A DNA stretch of 64,000 bases from Thermomicrobiales bacterium (GTDB taxonomy: Bacteria; Chloroflexota; Chloroflexia; Thermomicrobiales; CFX8): contig JBAOIG010000003.1 in the NCBI GenBank assembly GCA_037045155.1, positions 1,340,111-1,404,110 on the forward strand, in the 5' to 3' direction. Positions 39,530 through 49,424 of the stretch are shown one piece after another (position 1 is the first letter of the stretch; each line of letters starts with the position of its first letter). The position numbers and the translations under genes were made by a program. The notes under the pieces are model-generated. The model was given only the letters and a program-made list of their open reading frames with translations, was not told where the DNA came from and ran no database searches.

Positions 39530-40576
39530 GTGGCAAGCACGCTGGCTGAGCTGGAGGATATGCAACGCAGGGCCCAGGAGGCCGTCGCCCAGAACGAACA
39601 GGGCGAGCGCGAGATCACCTATCGCGACGCGCTGCGCGAAGCAATCACCGAGGAGATGGATCGCAACAAGAACGTCCTGCTGATGGGCGAGGACATCGGG
39701 GCCTATGGGGGATCCTACGTCGTCACCCGCGGCTTTCAGGAGCAATACGGACGCAAGCGCGTCATCGACACCCCGATCGCCGAGCTGGGCATCGTCGGGA
39801 TGGCAGTCGGCGCATCGATGGCCGGCCTGCGGCCGATTGTCGAGCTGATGACGATCAACTTCTCGCTGCTGGCGATCGACCAGATCGTCAACCACGCCGC
39901 GAAGATCCACTATATGTTCGACGGCAAGTTCACCGCCCCGATCGTCGTCCGCACCGCCTCCGGCTGGGGGCAGCTCGGCGCGACACACTCGCAGACCTTC
40001 GAGGGCTGGTTCGCCCACATCCCCGGCCTGCGCGTCGTGATGCCGGCCACCCCGAAGGACGCCAAGGGCTTCCTCAAGTCGGCCATTCGCGGCAACGACC
40101 CTGTCGTATTCATCGAGCATTCGCTGATCTACCGCAACCGCGGGCTGGTGCCGGCCGGCGACTATACACTGCCGCTGGAGGGCGCCGAGGTGCGCCGCGA
40201 AGGGACCGACGTCACCCTCGTCTCCTGGTCGCGCGGCCTCTACCTGGCTCTCGGCGCGGCCGAGGAGCTGGCCGAGCAGGGCATCTCCGCCGAGGTGATC
40301 GACATGCGCGTCCTGCGCCCGCTGGACACCGAGACGGTGATTGAGTCGGTCAGGAAGACCAGCCGCTGCGTGATCGTCGAAGAGTCGTGGCGCACGATGG
40401 GCCTCGGCGCAGAGATCGCCGCCGCCGTCCAGGAGCACGCGTTCGACTATCTCGACGCCCCAGTCGGCCGCGTCGGCAGCATCGAGGTGCCGATGCCGTA
40501 TGCCCGGAACCTTGAACGGCTGGTCATTCCTGGCAAGGACGAGGTCGTCGCCGCAGCCAAGCAGGCGCTGGCGTAA
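39530..40576 (+). CDS. pdhB: pyruvate/2-oxoacid dehydrogenase E1 beta subunit
   Basis: REA..EEMDRN..V.LMGEDIG.YGG, DTPIAE and HSQ.FE.WFAHIPGLRVV blocks. GTG start. Confidence 0.9.
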   Translation: MASTLAELEDMQRRAQEAVAQNEQGEREITYRDALREAITEEMDRNKNVLLMGEDIGAYGGSYVVTRGFQEQYGRKRVIDTPIAELGIVGMAVGASMAGLRPIVELMTINFSLLAIDQIVNHAAKIHYMFDGKFTAPIVVRTASGWGQLGATHSQTFEGWFAHIPGLRVVMPATPKDAKGFLKSAIRGNDPVVFIEHSLIYRNRGLVPAGDYTLPLEGAEVRREGTDVTLVSWSRGLYLALGAAEELAEQGISAEVIDMRVLRPLDTETVIESVRKTSRCVIVEESWRTMGLGAEIAAAVQEHAFDYLDAPVGRVGSIEVPMPYARNLERLVIPGKDEVVAAAKQALA

Positions 40577-40603
40577 CCTCACCGCTGCCCAGAGGGCTCC
40601 CTG

Positions 40604-40630
40604 CCCCCTCTCCTCGCGAGGAGAGGGGGG
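40604..40630. repeat. GC-rich hairpin CCCCCTCTCCtcgcgaGGAGAGGGGG just after the pdhB stop
   Basis: 10-bp perfect stem. It belongs to the same family as the hairpins at 17038, 42048 and 49373. There is no U-tract. Confidence 0.6.
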
Positions 40631-40688
40631 AGATTGAATTGATAGATTGACGGACCCCGCAGACGGGGAATGGGGAGAGGCAAGCAAG

Positions 40689-42026
40689 ATGGCGAAGACG
40701 GTCGTCATGCCCCAGATGGGCTACGACATGGATGCCGGGACGCTGCTGCGCTGGCTGAAGAACGTCGGCGACCCGGTCGCGCGCGGCGAGGCGATCGCCG
40801 AAATCGAGACCGACAAGGTCAATATCGAGATCGAGGCGTTCGAGGGCGGCGTGCTGCGCAAGACGCTCATCACCGAGGGGCAGACCGTCCCGGTCGGCGA
40901 GCCAATCGCGATCATCGGCGGGGCCGACGAGGTGATCCCGGAGGTCGAGACCGCCGCGCAGGCCGCGCCGCCGGCTGCCGCCGCGCCAACCCCTGCGCCT
41001 GCGCCGGCCCCTGTAGTTGAAGCCGCGCCCGTCGCTGCGGCAGCGCCAGCTATCGCCGAGCCGGTCGCGCAAGCGCCCCAGGTCGTGAGCCACGAGCCGG
41101 GAGAGCGCATCCGCGCGTCACCCCTGGTTCGTCGCCTCGCCGCCGAGCACGCAATCGACCTCTCCCAGGTTCGTGGCACTGGTCCGCAGGGCCGCATCGT
41201 CAAGCGCGACGTCGACCCGTACCTGACCGGCGCGAAGCCGATGCCGCAGGCCGCTCCGACGCAAGCCCCCGTCGCCCCGGCCCCCGCGCCGGCGCCCGTC
41301 GCAGCTGCGGCTGCCGAGCCGATTCCGACCGTCGGCGGCGAGCTGAAGGATCTGCCGCGCATTCGCCAGACGATCGGCAAGCGGATGAGCCAGTCCTTCC
41401 AGGAAGCGCCGCACTTCTACGTCACGATGGCGATCGGCATGGACAAGGCGCTGCAGCTGCGCAAGCAGGTCAACGGCGATCTCGACGAAGCCAGCCAGGT
41501 GTCGGTCAACGATCTCATCGTCAAGGCTGCCGCGCTGGCGCTGCGCGACTTCCCGGTGCTGAACTCCGCCTGGAACAACGGCCAGATGGAGCTGCACGAC
41601 CACATCGATGTCGGGATCGCGATCGCCATCGAGGGCGGGCTGATCTCGCCGTTCGTCCCCAGCGCCGACGAGAAGTCGCTCGGCGCAATCGCCCGGCTGA
41701 CCAAGGATCTGGCCAGGCGGGCCCGCGAGGGTGGCCTGAAGCCGGAGGAGTACCACGGCGGGACGTTCACGACCTCGAACCTCGGTATGTTCGGGGTGGA
41801 GGAGTTCATCGCGATCATCAACCCGCCGCAGGCCGCCATCCTCGCCATCGGCGCGGCGAAGGCCCAGCCGGTCTGGAACGCGGACAAGGGCAAGTTCAAG
41901 CCCGAGACGATCATGAAGGTCACAATGTCCGCCGACCACCGCCTCACCGACGGCGCCGAAGTCGCGCGCTACCTGCAGAAGCTCAAGGCCCTGCTGGAAG
42001 CGCCGATGACGCTGCTGGTGGGGTAG
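40689..42026 (+). CDS. pdhC: dihydrolipoamide acyltransferase E2
   Basis: Lipoyl domain (EIETDKVNIEIEA), an Ala/Pro linker, a PSBD (ASPLVRRLAAEHAIDL), and a catalytic domain ending in the DHRLTDGA motif. Confidence 0.9.
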   Translation: MAKTVVMPQMGYDMDAGTLLRWLKNVGDPVARGEAIAEIETDKVNIEIEAFEGGVLRKTLITEGQTVPVGEPIAIIGGADEVIPEVETAAQAAPPAAAAPTPAPAPAPVVEAAPVAAAAPAIAEPVAQAPQVVSHEPGERIRASPLVRRLAAEHAIDLSQVRGTGPQGRIVKRDVDPYLTGAKPMPQAAPTQAPVAPAPAPAPVAAAAAEPIPTVGGELKDLPRIRQTIGKRMSQSFQEAPHFYVTMAIGMDKALQLRKQVNGDLDEASQVSVNDLIVKAAALALRDFPVLNSAWNNGQMELHDHIDVGIAIAIEGGLISPFVPSADEKSLGAIARLTKDLARRAREGGLKPEEYHGGTFTTSNLGMFGVEEFIAIINPPQAAILAIGAAKAQPVWNADKGKFKPETIMKVTMSADHRLTDGAEVARYLQKLKALLEAPMTLLVG

Positions 42027-42034
42027 GAGGGCTG

Positions 42035-42073
42035 GCCCTCACCCCTGCCCCTCTCCCAATGCTGGGAGAGGGG
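42035..42073. repeat. GC-rich hairpin repeat (inverted orientation) after the E2 stop
   Basis: ggccctcacccc + CCCCTCTCCCAatgcTGGGAGAGGGG. Confidence 0.6.
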
Positions 42074-42181
42074 TTCTCTTGCGCGCCGGACTTCGCTTTA
42101 GTTGTGAATTGCTTGCATCCGGCGGGCGGCGGGGCTAGGATGATCGCGCGACCTGGGGCAAGCGAACGACGATGGTGATGC

Positions 42182-44173
42182 GTGGGGGGTGGCGTGAGCA
42201 ACGGGAACCTGAGCTGGGTCACGAACTTCATCTGGGGGATCGCCGACGACGTCCTGCGCGACGTCTACGTGCGCGGCAAGTACCGCGACGTGATCCTGCC
42301 GATGGTGGTGATCCGGCGGCTCGACGCGGTGCTGGAGCCGACCAAGCCGGCCGTGCTGGAGATGAAGAAGTCACTCGACGCGGCCGGGTTCGTCAACCAG
42401 GATTCCGCCCTTCGCACGGCAGCCGGCCAGGCGTTCTACAACACGTCGCCGTTCCTGCTGCGCGACCTCCGTTCCCGCGCTCGCATCCAGCAACTGCGCG
42501 CCGACTTCGAGGCATACCTGGATGGCTTCTCGCCGAACGTCCAGGAGATCCTCGACAAGTTCAAGTTCCGCAACCAGATTCAGACGCTGATTGACGCCGA
42601 GGTGTTGGGCGCGCTGATCGAGAAGTTCCTCGACCACTCGATCAACGTCGCGCCGACACCGGTCTTCGCCAGCGACGGCACGGTCCGGCTGCCGGGGCTG
42701 GACAACCACGCGATGGGCACCATCTTCGAGGAGCTGATCCGGCGCTTCAACGAGGAAAACAACGAGGAGGCCGGCGAGCACTTCACCCCGCGCGATGTCG
42801 TCCGGCTGATGGCCGACCTCATCTTCCTGCCGGTTGCCGAGCAGATCGAGTCCGGCACCTACCTCGTCTACGACGGAGCGTGCGGGACCGGCGGGATGCT
42901 GACCGTCGCCGAGGAGCGGCTGGCCGAGCTGGCCGATGAGCACGACAAGGAAGTCTCGATCCACCTGTTCGGGCAGGAGATCAACCCGGAGACGTTCGCG
43001 ATCTCGAAGGCCGACCTGCTGATCAAGGGCGAGGGGGAGGAGGCCGAGAACTTCCGCTTCGGCTCGACCCTCTCGCAGGACGGCTTCCCGTCACACGAGT
43101 TCGACTTCATGCTCTCCAACCCGCCCTATGGCAAGAGCTGGAAGACCGATCTGGAGAAGATGGGCGGCAAGAGCGGCCTCAACGACCCGCGCTTCGTCGT
43201 CCACCACGCTGGCGACCCGGAGCACAGCCTCGTCACCCGCACGAGCGACGGCCAGATGATGTTCCTGGCCAACATGCTGTCGAAGATGAAGCACAACACG
43301 CCGCTCGGCAGCCGCATCGCCGAGGTGCACAACGGCTCGGCGCTCTTCACCGGCGACGCCGGACAGGGCGAGAGCAACATCCGCCGCTGGATCATCGAGA
43401 ACGACTGGCTGGAGGCGATCGTCGCGCTGCCGCTGAACATCTTCTATAACACCGGCATCGCCACCTACATCTGGGTGCTGAGCAACCGCAAGCCGGCCCA
43501 CCGGCGCGGCAAGGCGCAGCTGATCGACGCGACCGGCTGGCGCCAGCCACTGCGCAAGAACCTGGGCAAGAAGAACTGCGAGCTCTCCGCCGACGACATC
43601 CGGCGTATCGTCGATCGCTACCTGGCGTTCGAGGAAGACGAGCAGTCGAAGATCTTCCCGAACGAGGCGTTCGGCTACTGGAAGGTGACGGTCGAACGCC
43701 CGCTGCGGCTGCGCGGCATCGACCCCGGCCGCGCCTACAGCGCCAAGGAGATCCGCGAGCTGAAGGAGACGGCCGAGCGGGCCGAGGACGCGCCGCCGGT
43801 CATCCGCAAGGTGCTGGCGCGCGGGAACGCCGCCCGATCCGCTCCACGGTCGCTTCGAGGCCGTCATCAACGGCCGGCCGGCGATCGTCGAGTACGAGCC
43901 GGACAGCGACCTGCGCGACACCGAGCAGGTGCCGCTGCTGGAGGAGGGCGGCATCGACGCCTTCATCGCGCGCGAGGTCCTGCCGTTCGCGCCCGACGCC
44001 TGGGTCGTGCCGGACGCGACGAAGGTGGGCTACGAGATCTCGTTCACGCGCTACTTCTACAAGCCCCAGCCGCTGCGGACGCTGGCCGAGATCCGCGCCG
44101 ACATCGAGGCGCTGGAGCGCGAGACGGACGGGCTTGCTCGACCAGGTGCTGGTGACAGTCGGAGACGGGCGAT
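42182..44173 (+). pseudogene. hsdM: type I R-M methyltransferase HsdM, with two +1 frame shifts in the C-terminal quarter
   Basis: N-terminal HsdM domain (IWGIADDVLRD), motif I YDGACGTGGML, and motif IV LSNPPYG. The frame changes near 43815-43825 (continuing TPPDPLHGRFEAVINGRPAIVEYEPDSDLRDTEQVPLLEEGGIDAFIAREVLP...). A likely second change is near 44135 (ETDGLLDQVLVTVGDGR-stop). The pseudogene status could be an assembly artefact. Confidence 0.8.
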
Positions 44174-45663
44174 GAGCCTGGAGCTGCGATCCGTATCCTG
44201 AGTACGATGCGCGATGACGAGCCATGGCCGCGATCGCGCACGCTCACCGGCGCACTCGAGAAGCTGACAGTTCGTGATCGAGCAGTTTGCTCGGCGGGAC
44301 CGACGACCGAATTGCACGCAACCGGATACTGAGACGGTGATATCGCTGTCGGTACGACAGCCTCGAGCTGTTAGCCGACCTCAACGCGCTTCACGATCAA
44401 GCGCAATCAGCCTGTCGATCGAGCGGCTGGCATCGTGTACAAGCGTCAGTCGTTCCCGGATGGTAGCGTAGTCTACGAATCGCGAGCGCCAGTTGGCAAG
44501 GTCGCCATAGCGGCGCGCTGGAGCTGGGCTCATTAGCCCAGGCTGTAAAGCGATCGTTCCGCGACCGATCGACGATAGTTGACACGCCTATGCTGACTAT
44601 TCACTGTTGCGGTCCGCGATGCAGGCAGCACTATCGGAGTCGATCTCGAACGGACTCGGCACTGGATCAGCCGAGCTATCAATCGACTCTACTGAGTCGA
44701 GCGCTACCAAACGATTCCTGTGCCCTCCGCCCATCCGAACAGGTGCACCATAGCTGGCTTCCTGACGCACCATGTGACGCCGAATCCACCCGCCTCATCC
44801 GCGCCAAGCGCCGCCAGATCGAGCTGCTGAACGAGCAGAAGCAGGCGATCATCCACCAGGCGGTGACGCGCGGCCTCGACCCGGCACGTGCCGCTCAAGC
44901 CGTCGGGCATCGACTGGCTCGGCGACGTGCCGGCGCATTGGTACACGCATACACCTCGGCAAGATGCGTCGACGTCGAAGCGAATTACCGGTCGCTCATC
45001 TTGTCCCGTACTAACGGAACGCCCGATAGTCCAGTGGGACCGCGTGAACACCGTCGGATCATGCCGATGATGGACATCGAGCCGCGTGAGTACGACCGAT
45101 ATACGACTCCAAGACGGTGATCTGCTCGTGGTGTGAAGGTGGGGAAGTCAGCCGCTCATGCGTTCTGGAATGGGTCGTTGCCCGTCTGTGGCTCTCAGCA
45201 AGGCGTTACATCGCTGTGATGCGCCCAGCAACACACTGCAGCGCGACGTAGGCGCGATCTCCTGTATCACTTGAGTCCGGATGATAGCGATAGCGTGGAG
45301 TGTTCTCTCGGTACGGAAGTGAAAACACCGATCTTGCAGACACCTGACCGATATGAGAAGCTCCGACGGTACCGGATGGTTTGTCCTCCGGTACAAAGAG
45401 CAGATGCGACATCGCTGAGTACCTGGATACCGAAACCGAAACGCATCGACTGATGCAGTCGATCGCCGTATCGAACGAGAGATCGACCTCATCCGCGAGT
45501 ACCGCACGCGGTTGATCGCCGATGTCGTGACTGGCAAGCTGGACGTACGCGGGATTGAACTGTCGGAGGGCGACGCGGCGTGGGACGAGGACGACGAGCT
45601 CGACGAACCCGATGACGGCGACGAGACGCTGGACGACGCGGAGGGCGAAGGGGGGTTCGAATG
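44171..45663 (+). pseudogene. hsdS: type I R-M specificity subunit HsdS, full-length remnant riddled with stops and frameshifts
   Basis: The ATG overlaps the hsdM stop, but the frame is open for only 9 codons. The central conserved region RLIRAKRRQIELLNEQKQAIIHQAVTRGLDP / VPLKPSGIDWLGDVPAHW is split between two frames. The C-terminal conserved region IDLIREYRTRLIADVVTGKLDVRG is intact and ends in ATGA at 45660-45663. TRD-like pieces (PDGSVVYESRAPVGKVAI, DGDLLVV) are interrupted by stops. Confidence 0.7.
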
Positions 45664-45885
45664 AGCGAGCTGGGACGCATCACGGTCGCGCCGGGGCAGG
45701 CCGGCGGGAGGCCCTGCATCCGCGGGACGCGCGTGCGAGTGAAGGATGTCCTGGAGCTGCTGGCGGCCGGGGCGAGCCGTGAGGAGATCATCGAGGACTA
45801 CCCGTACCTGGAGCCGGGCGACATCACGGCCGCGCTCGAATTCGCCGCCCAACAGGCCGACCACCCGGTCCTGCGCGTCGCCTGA
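45661..45885 (+). CDS. DUF433 domain protein (putative antitoxin)
   Basis: GRPCIRGTRVRVKDVLELLAAGASREEIIEDYPYLEPGDITAALEFA is the DUF433 signature. Confidence 0.75.
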   Translation: MSELGRITVAPGQAGGRPCIRGTRVRVKDVLELLAAGASREEIIEDYPYLEPGDITAALEFAAQQADHPVLRVA

Positions 45886-46214
45886 TGCGCTTTCTGGTCG
45901 ACGCGCAGCTCCCGCCGGCCCTGGCGCGGTGGCTGGCGGAACGTGGCCATGACGGCGAGCACGTCGCGGACGTCGGGCTGCTCTTGGCGACCGACCAGGA
46001 GATCTGGGACTACGCGCGCAGCGTCGGAGCGGCCGTGGTGACGAAGGACGAGGATTTCGCCCTCCGTCGGGGGCTGGCGTCGGATGGTCCGGCCGTCGTC
46101 TGGGTCCGGCGCGGCAACACGACGCGACGCGAGCTGCTGGCGTGGTTCGAGCCGCTGTTGCCGGCCATCCTGGCGGCGCTCGCCGACGGAGAAGCACTGA
46201 TCGAGATTGTCTGA
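45885..46214 (+). CDS. DUF5615 (PIN-like/Mut7-C-like) protein (putative toxin)
   Basis: MRFLVDAQLPPALARWL...GH...V and VVTKDEDF match the DUF5615 pattern. Its start overlaps the DUF433 stop (TGATG). Confidence 0.75.
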   Translation: MRFLVDAQLPPALARWLAERGHDGEHVADVGLLLATDQEIWDYARSVGAAVVTKDEDFALRRGLASDGPAVVWVRRGNTTRRELLAWFEPLLPAILAALADGEALIEIV

Positions 46215-46222
46215 GGACGACG

Positions 46223-49216
46223 ATGCCGACCGACACCACCGAGCACGGGCTTGAGGATCTGATTGTCGCGACGATGACTGGCCACCGAACGACCGCGGAA
46301 TCGGGCGGGCTGAACGACGAACGGCCGGCCTACGGCGGCGCGGGTTACATGCTGGGACACTCGGCCGACTACGACCGCGCCCACGCCGTCGACCTGGACA
46401 AGCTGCTGGCGTTCCTGCGCCCGACCCAGCCGGCCGTCTACGACCGGCTCGACCTCGCCGAGGACACGCCGTCGCGCGGGAAGTTTCTGGGGCGGTTGCA
46501 GGGCGAGATCGAGCGGCGCGGGGTTATCGACGTGCTGCGCAAGGGCATCGACGACCGCTCGGCGCACATCGACCTGTTCTACGGAACGCCCTCGCCGGGC
46601 AACGAGTCGGCCGCCGCGCGCTACGCGGCCAACATCTTCAGCGTCACCCGCCAGCTGCGCTACAGCGCCGACGAGACGCAGCTGGCGCTCGACCTCGTCC
46701 TGTTCATCAACGGGCTGCCGGTCGCCACGTTCGAATTGAAGAACAGCCTCACCAAGCAGACCGTCACCGACGCCGTCGAGCAGTACAAGCGCGACCGCGA
46801 CCCGCGCGAGCTGCTGTTTCACCTCGGGCGCTGCCTGGCCCACTTCGCGGTAGACGACAGCCAGGTTCAGTTCACGACCGAGCTGCGCGGCGAAAGCTCG
46901 TGGTTCCTGCCGTTCGACAAGGGCTACGACGACGGCGCCGGCAACCCGCCGAATCCGAGCGGGCTCAAGACCGACTACCTCTGGCGCGAGATCCTCACCC
47001 GCGACGGCCTGACCGACATCATCGAGAACTACGCCCAGATCGTCGCGGAGAAGGACGACCGCTCCCGGCGCAAGTCGCGCAGGCAGATCTTCCCGCGCTA
47101 CCACCAGCTCGACGTCGTGCGGAAGCTGCTGGCCGATGTGTCGGCGCGGGGAGCGGGGCGGCGCTACCTGATCCAGCACTCGGCCGGCAGCGGCAAGAGC
47201 AACTCGATCGCCTGGCTCGTCCATCAGATGGTCGGCCTGCAGCGCGATGGTGGTGAGGTCTTCGACTCCATCATCGTCGTCACCGACCGGCGGGTGCTCG
47301 ACAAGCAGATCCGCGACACGATCAGGCAGTTCGCGCAGGTTGGCAACACCGTCGGCCACGCCGAACAATCCGGCGATCTGCGCCGCTTCATCAGCAGCGG
47401 CAAGAAGATCATCATCACCACGATCCAGAAGTTCCCCTTCATCCTCGACGAGATCGGCGACGAACACAGCGGCCGTCGGTTCGCCATCGTCATCGACGAG
47501 GCGCACTCCAGCCAGGGCGGTCGCACAGCAGCCCAGATGCATCGCGCGCTGGCGGGTGTGACCGCTGAGGATGATGACACCTACGAAGACCAGATCAACC
47601 GCATCATGGAGACGCGCAAGATGCTGCCGAACGCCAGCTATTTCGCGTTCACGGCAACGCCGAAGAACAAGACACTGGAGATCTTTGGCGAGCGCGACAA
47701 CGCCAGCGGTATCGTCAAGCCACGTCCGTTCCACAGCTACACGATGAAGCAGGCCATTCAGGAAGGGTTCATCCTCGACGTCCTCAAGAACTACACGCCC
47801 GTCCAGAGCTACTATCGCCTGATGAAGACGGTCGAGGACGACCCGGAGTACGACGTTCGCAAGGCGAAGAAGAAGTTACGCCGTTACGTCGAATCGCACG
47901 ATCGGGCCATCCGCAGCAAGGCCGAGATCATGGTCGACCACTTCCACGAGCAGGTCATCGACCGACGAAAGATCGGCGGAGCGGCTCGGGCAATGGTCGT
48001 CACCGGCAGCATCGAGCGGGCAATCGACTACTACATGGCGTTCACCGACTACCTTCGCGAGCGTAAGAGCCCATACCGGGCGATCGTCGCCTTCTCAGGT
48101 GAGCCGGAATATCAGGGCGAGAAGGTCACCGAGGCGTCGCTCAACGGGTTCCCGAGTAGCAAGATCGAGGAGCGGATTCGTGAGGATCCGTACCGCTTCC
48201 TGATCTGCGCCGACAAGTTCCAGACCGGCTACGACGAGCCGCTGCTGCACACGATGTACGTCGATAAGCCGCTATCCGGTGTCAAGGCGGTCCAGACCCT
48301 CTCGCGGCTGAACCGCGCGCACCCGCAGAAGCACGACACGTTCGTGCTGGACTTCCAGAACAACGCCGACATGATTCGCGCCTCGTTCGAGCCGTACTAC
48401 CGCACGACGATCCTTAGCGAGGAGACCGACCCGAACAAGCTCCACGACCTCAAGGCCGACCTGGACGGCTATCAGGTCTACGAACAGGGGCAGGTCGACG
48501 CGCTGGTCGAGCGCTACCTCGGCGGCGCAGACCGCGACAAGCTCGACCCGATCCTCGACACCTGCGTGGCGACCTACAATGAGGAACTGGACGAGGACGG
48601 CCAGGTCGACTTCAAGGCCAAGGCCAAGGCGTTCCCACGGACCTACGAGTTCCTGTCGTCGATCCTGCCCTATTCCAACGTCGGCTGGGAGAAGCTGTCG
48701 ATCTTCCTGAACTTTCTGACGCCGAAGCTGCCGGCCCCGAAGGAGGACGACCTCTCAAAGGGCATCCTCGAAGCGATCGACATGGACAGCTACCGCGTCG
48801 AGGTTCGCTCAGCGCTGGCGATTGCGCTGGCCGACGCAGACGGCCCCATTGGGCCAGTGCCGATGTCAGTGGGCGGTTATGTTCCCGAGCCGGAGATTGA
48901 GCCGCTCAGCAGCATCATCAAGACGTTCAACGACCTGTTCGGCAATATCGAATGGCACGACGACGACAAGATTCGCTACCTGATTGCCGAGGAGATCCCG
49001 CGCAAGGTCGCCGCCAATCGAGCGTATCAAAACGCAATAAGAAACTCCGACAAGCAGAACGCAGAGATTGAGCACGAGAAGGCGCTAAAGGGCGTTATCA
49101 CTGACCTGATGTCAGATCATCTCGAACTGTTCAAGCAGTTTCAGGACAATCAGGCGTTCCGCAAGTGGCTCAGGGACACCGTCTTCGCCGCGACGTATAC
49201 CGGGCCGCCATCCTAG
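46223..49216 (+). CDS. hsdR: type I restriction endonuclease HsdR
   Basis: N-terminal PD-(D/E)xK region (LDLVLFINGLPVATFELKN), helicase motif I QHSAGSGKSNS, DEAH box VIDEAHSSQ, and motif VI QTLSRLNR. The 997-aa frame is uninterrupted. Confidence 0.9.
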   Translation: MPTDTTEHGLEDLIVATMTGHRTTAESGGLNDERPAYGGAGYMLGHSADYDRAHAVDLDKLLAFLRPTQPAVYDRLDLAEDTPSRGKFLGRLQGEIERRGVIDVLRKGIDDRSAHIDLFYGTPSPGNESAAARYAANIFSVTRQLRYSADETQLALDLVLFINGLPVATFELKNSLTKQTVTDAVEQYKRDRDPRELLFHLGRCLAHFAVDDSQVQFTTELRGESSWFLPFDKGYDDGAGNPPNPSGLKTDYLWREILTRDGLTDIIENYAQIVAEKDDRSRRKSRRQIFPRYHQLDVVRKLLADVSARGAGRRYLIQHSAGSGKSNSIAWLVHQMVGLQRDGGEVFDSIIVVTDRRVLDKQIRDTIRQFAQVGNTVGHAEQSGDLRRFISSGKKIIITTIQKFPFILDEIGDEHSGRRFAIVIDEAHSSQGGRTAAQMHRALAGVTAEDDDTYEDQINRIMETRKMLPNASYFAFTATPKNKTLEIFGERDNASGIVKPRPFHSYTMKQAIQEGFILDVLKNYTPVQSYYRLMKTVEDDPEYDVRKAKKKLRRYVESHDRAIRSKAEIMVDHFHEQVIDRRKIGGAARAMVVTGSIERAIDYYMAFTDYLRERKSPYRAIVAFSGEPEYQGEKVTEASLNGFPSSKIEERIREDPYRFLICADKFQTGYDEPLLHTMYVDKPLSGVKAVQTLSRLNRAHPQKHDTFVLDFQNNADMIRASFEPYYRTTILSEETDPNKLHDLKADLDGYQVYEQGQVDALVERYLGGADRDKLDPILDTCVATYNEELDEDGQVDFKAKAKAFPRTYEFLSSILPYSNVGWEKLSIFLNFLTPKLPAPKEDDLSKGILEAIDMDSYRVEVRSALAIALADADGPIGPVPMSVGGYVPEPEIEPLSSIIKTFNDLFGNIEWHDDDKIRYLIAEEIPRKVAANRAYQNAIRNSDKQNAEIEHEKALKGVITDLMSDHLELFKQFQDNQAFRKWLRDTVFAATYTGPPS

Positions 49217-49372
49217 AGGCCGACGCCTGCATCGCGACCCGCCGACGGATACGGCTCACCTGAGCTGGCTCGTCGATATCCTGCGGGACAGCGACTGGCC
49301 CCGCGTAGGCCCTCTCCAGGGCGCCGGCCAGGCCAGAGGCGCTGTCCCTACGGGCCGGTTGCTCGCTCGTCT

Positions 49373-49410
49373 CCCCTCTCCCAGGGTTGGGAGAGGGGCG
49401 GGGGGTGAGG
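49373..49410. repeat. GC-rich hairpin repeat between the convergent hsdR and CHAT genes
   Basis: CCCCTCTCCCAgggtTGGGAGAGGGG followed by cggggggtgagggcc. Confidence 0.6.
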
Positions 49411-49424
49411 GCCGTCCCCCCGGC

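Noticed and set aside
38984-40708. 574-aa minus-strand ORF (and similar long ORFs at 46010-47734, 23970-25469, 45148-46239, 15288-16097, 16128-16877, 58170-59336 and 58808-59914)
   Set aside because: These are antisense or out-of-frame shadows of strongly recognisable genes (pdhA/B, hsdR, mrdA, the amidohydrolase, sucC/D). Their translations are Arg/Ala/Pro/Gly-rich and low in complexity, as expected for open frames in high-G+C DNA.
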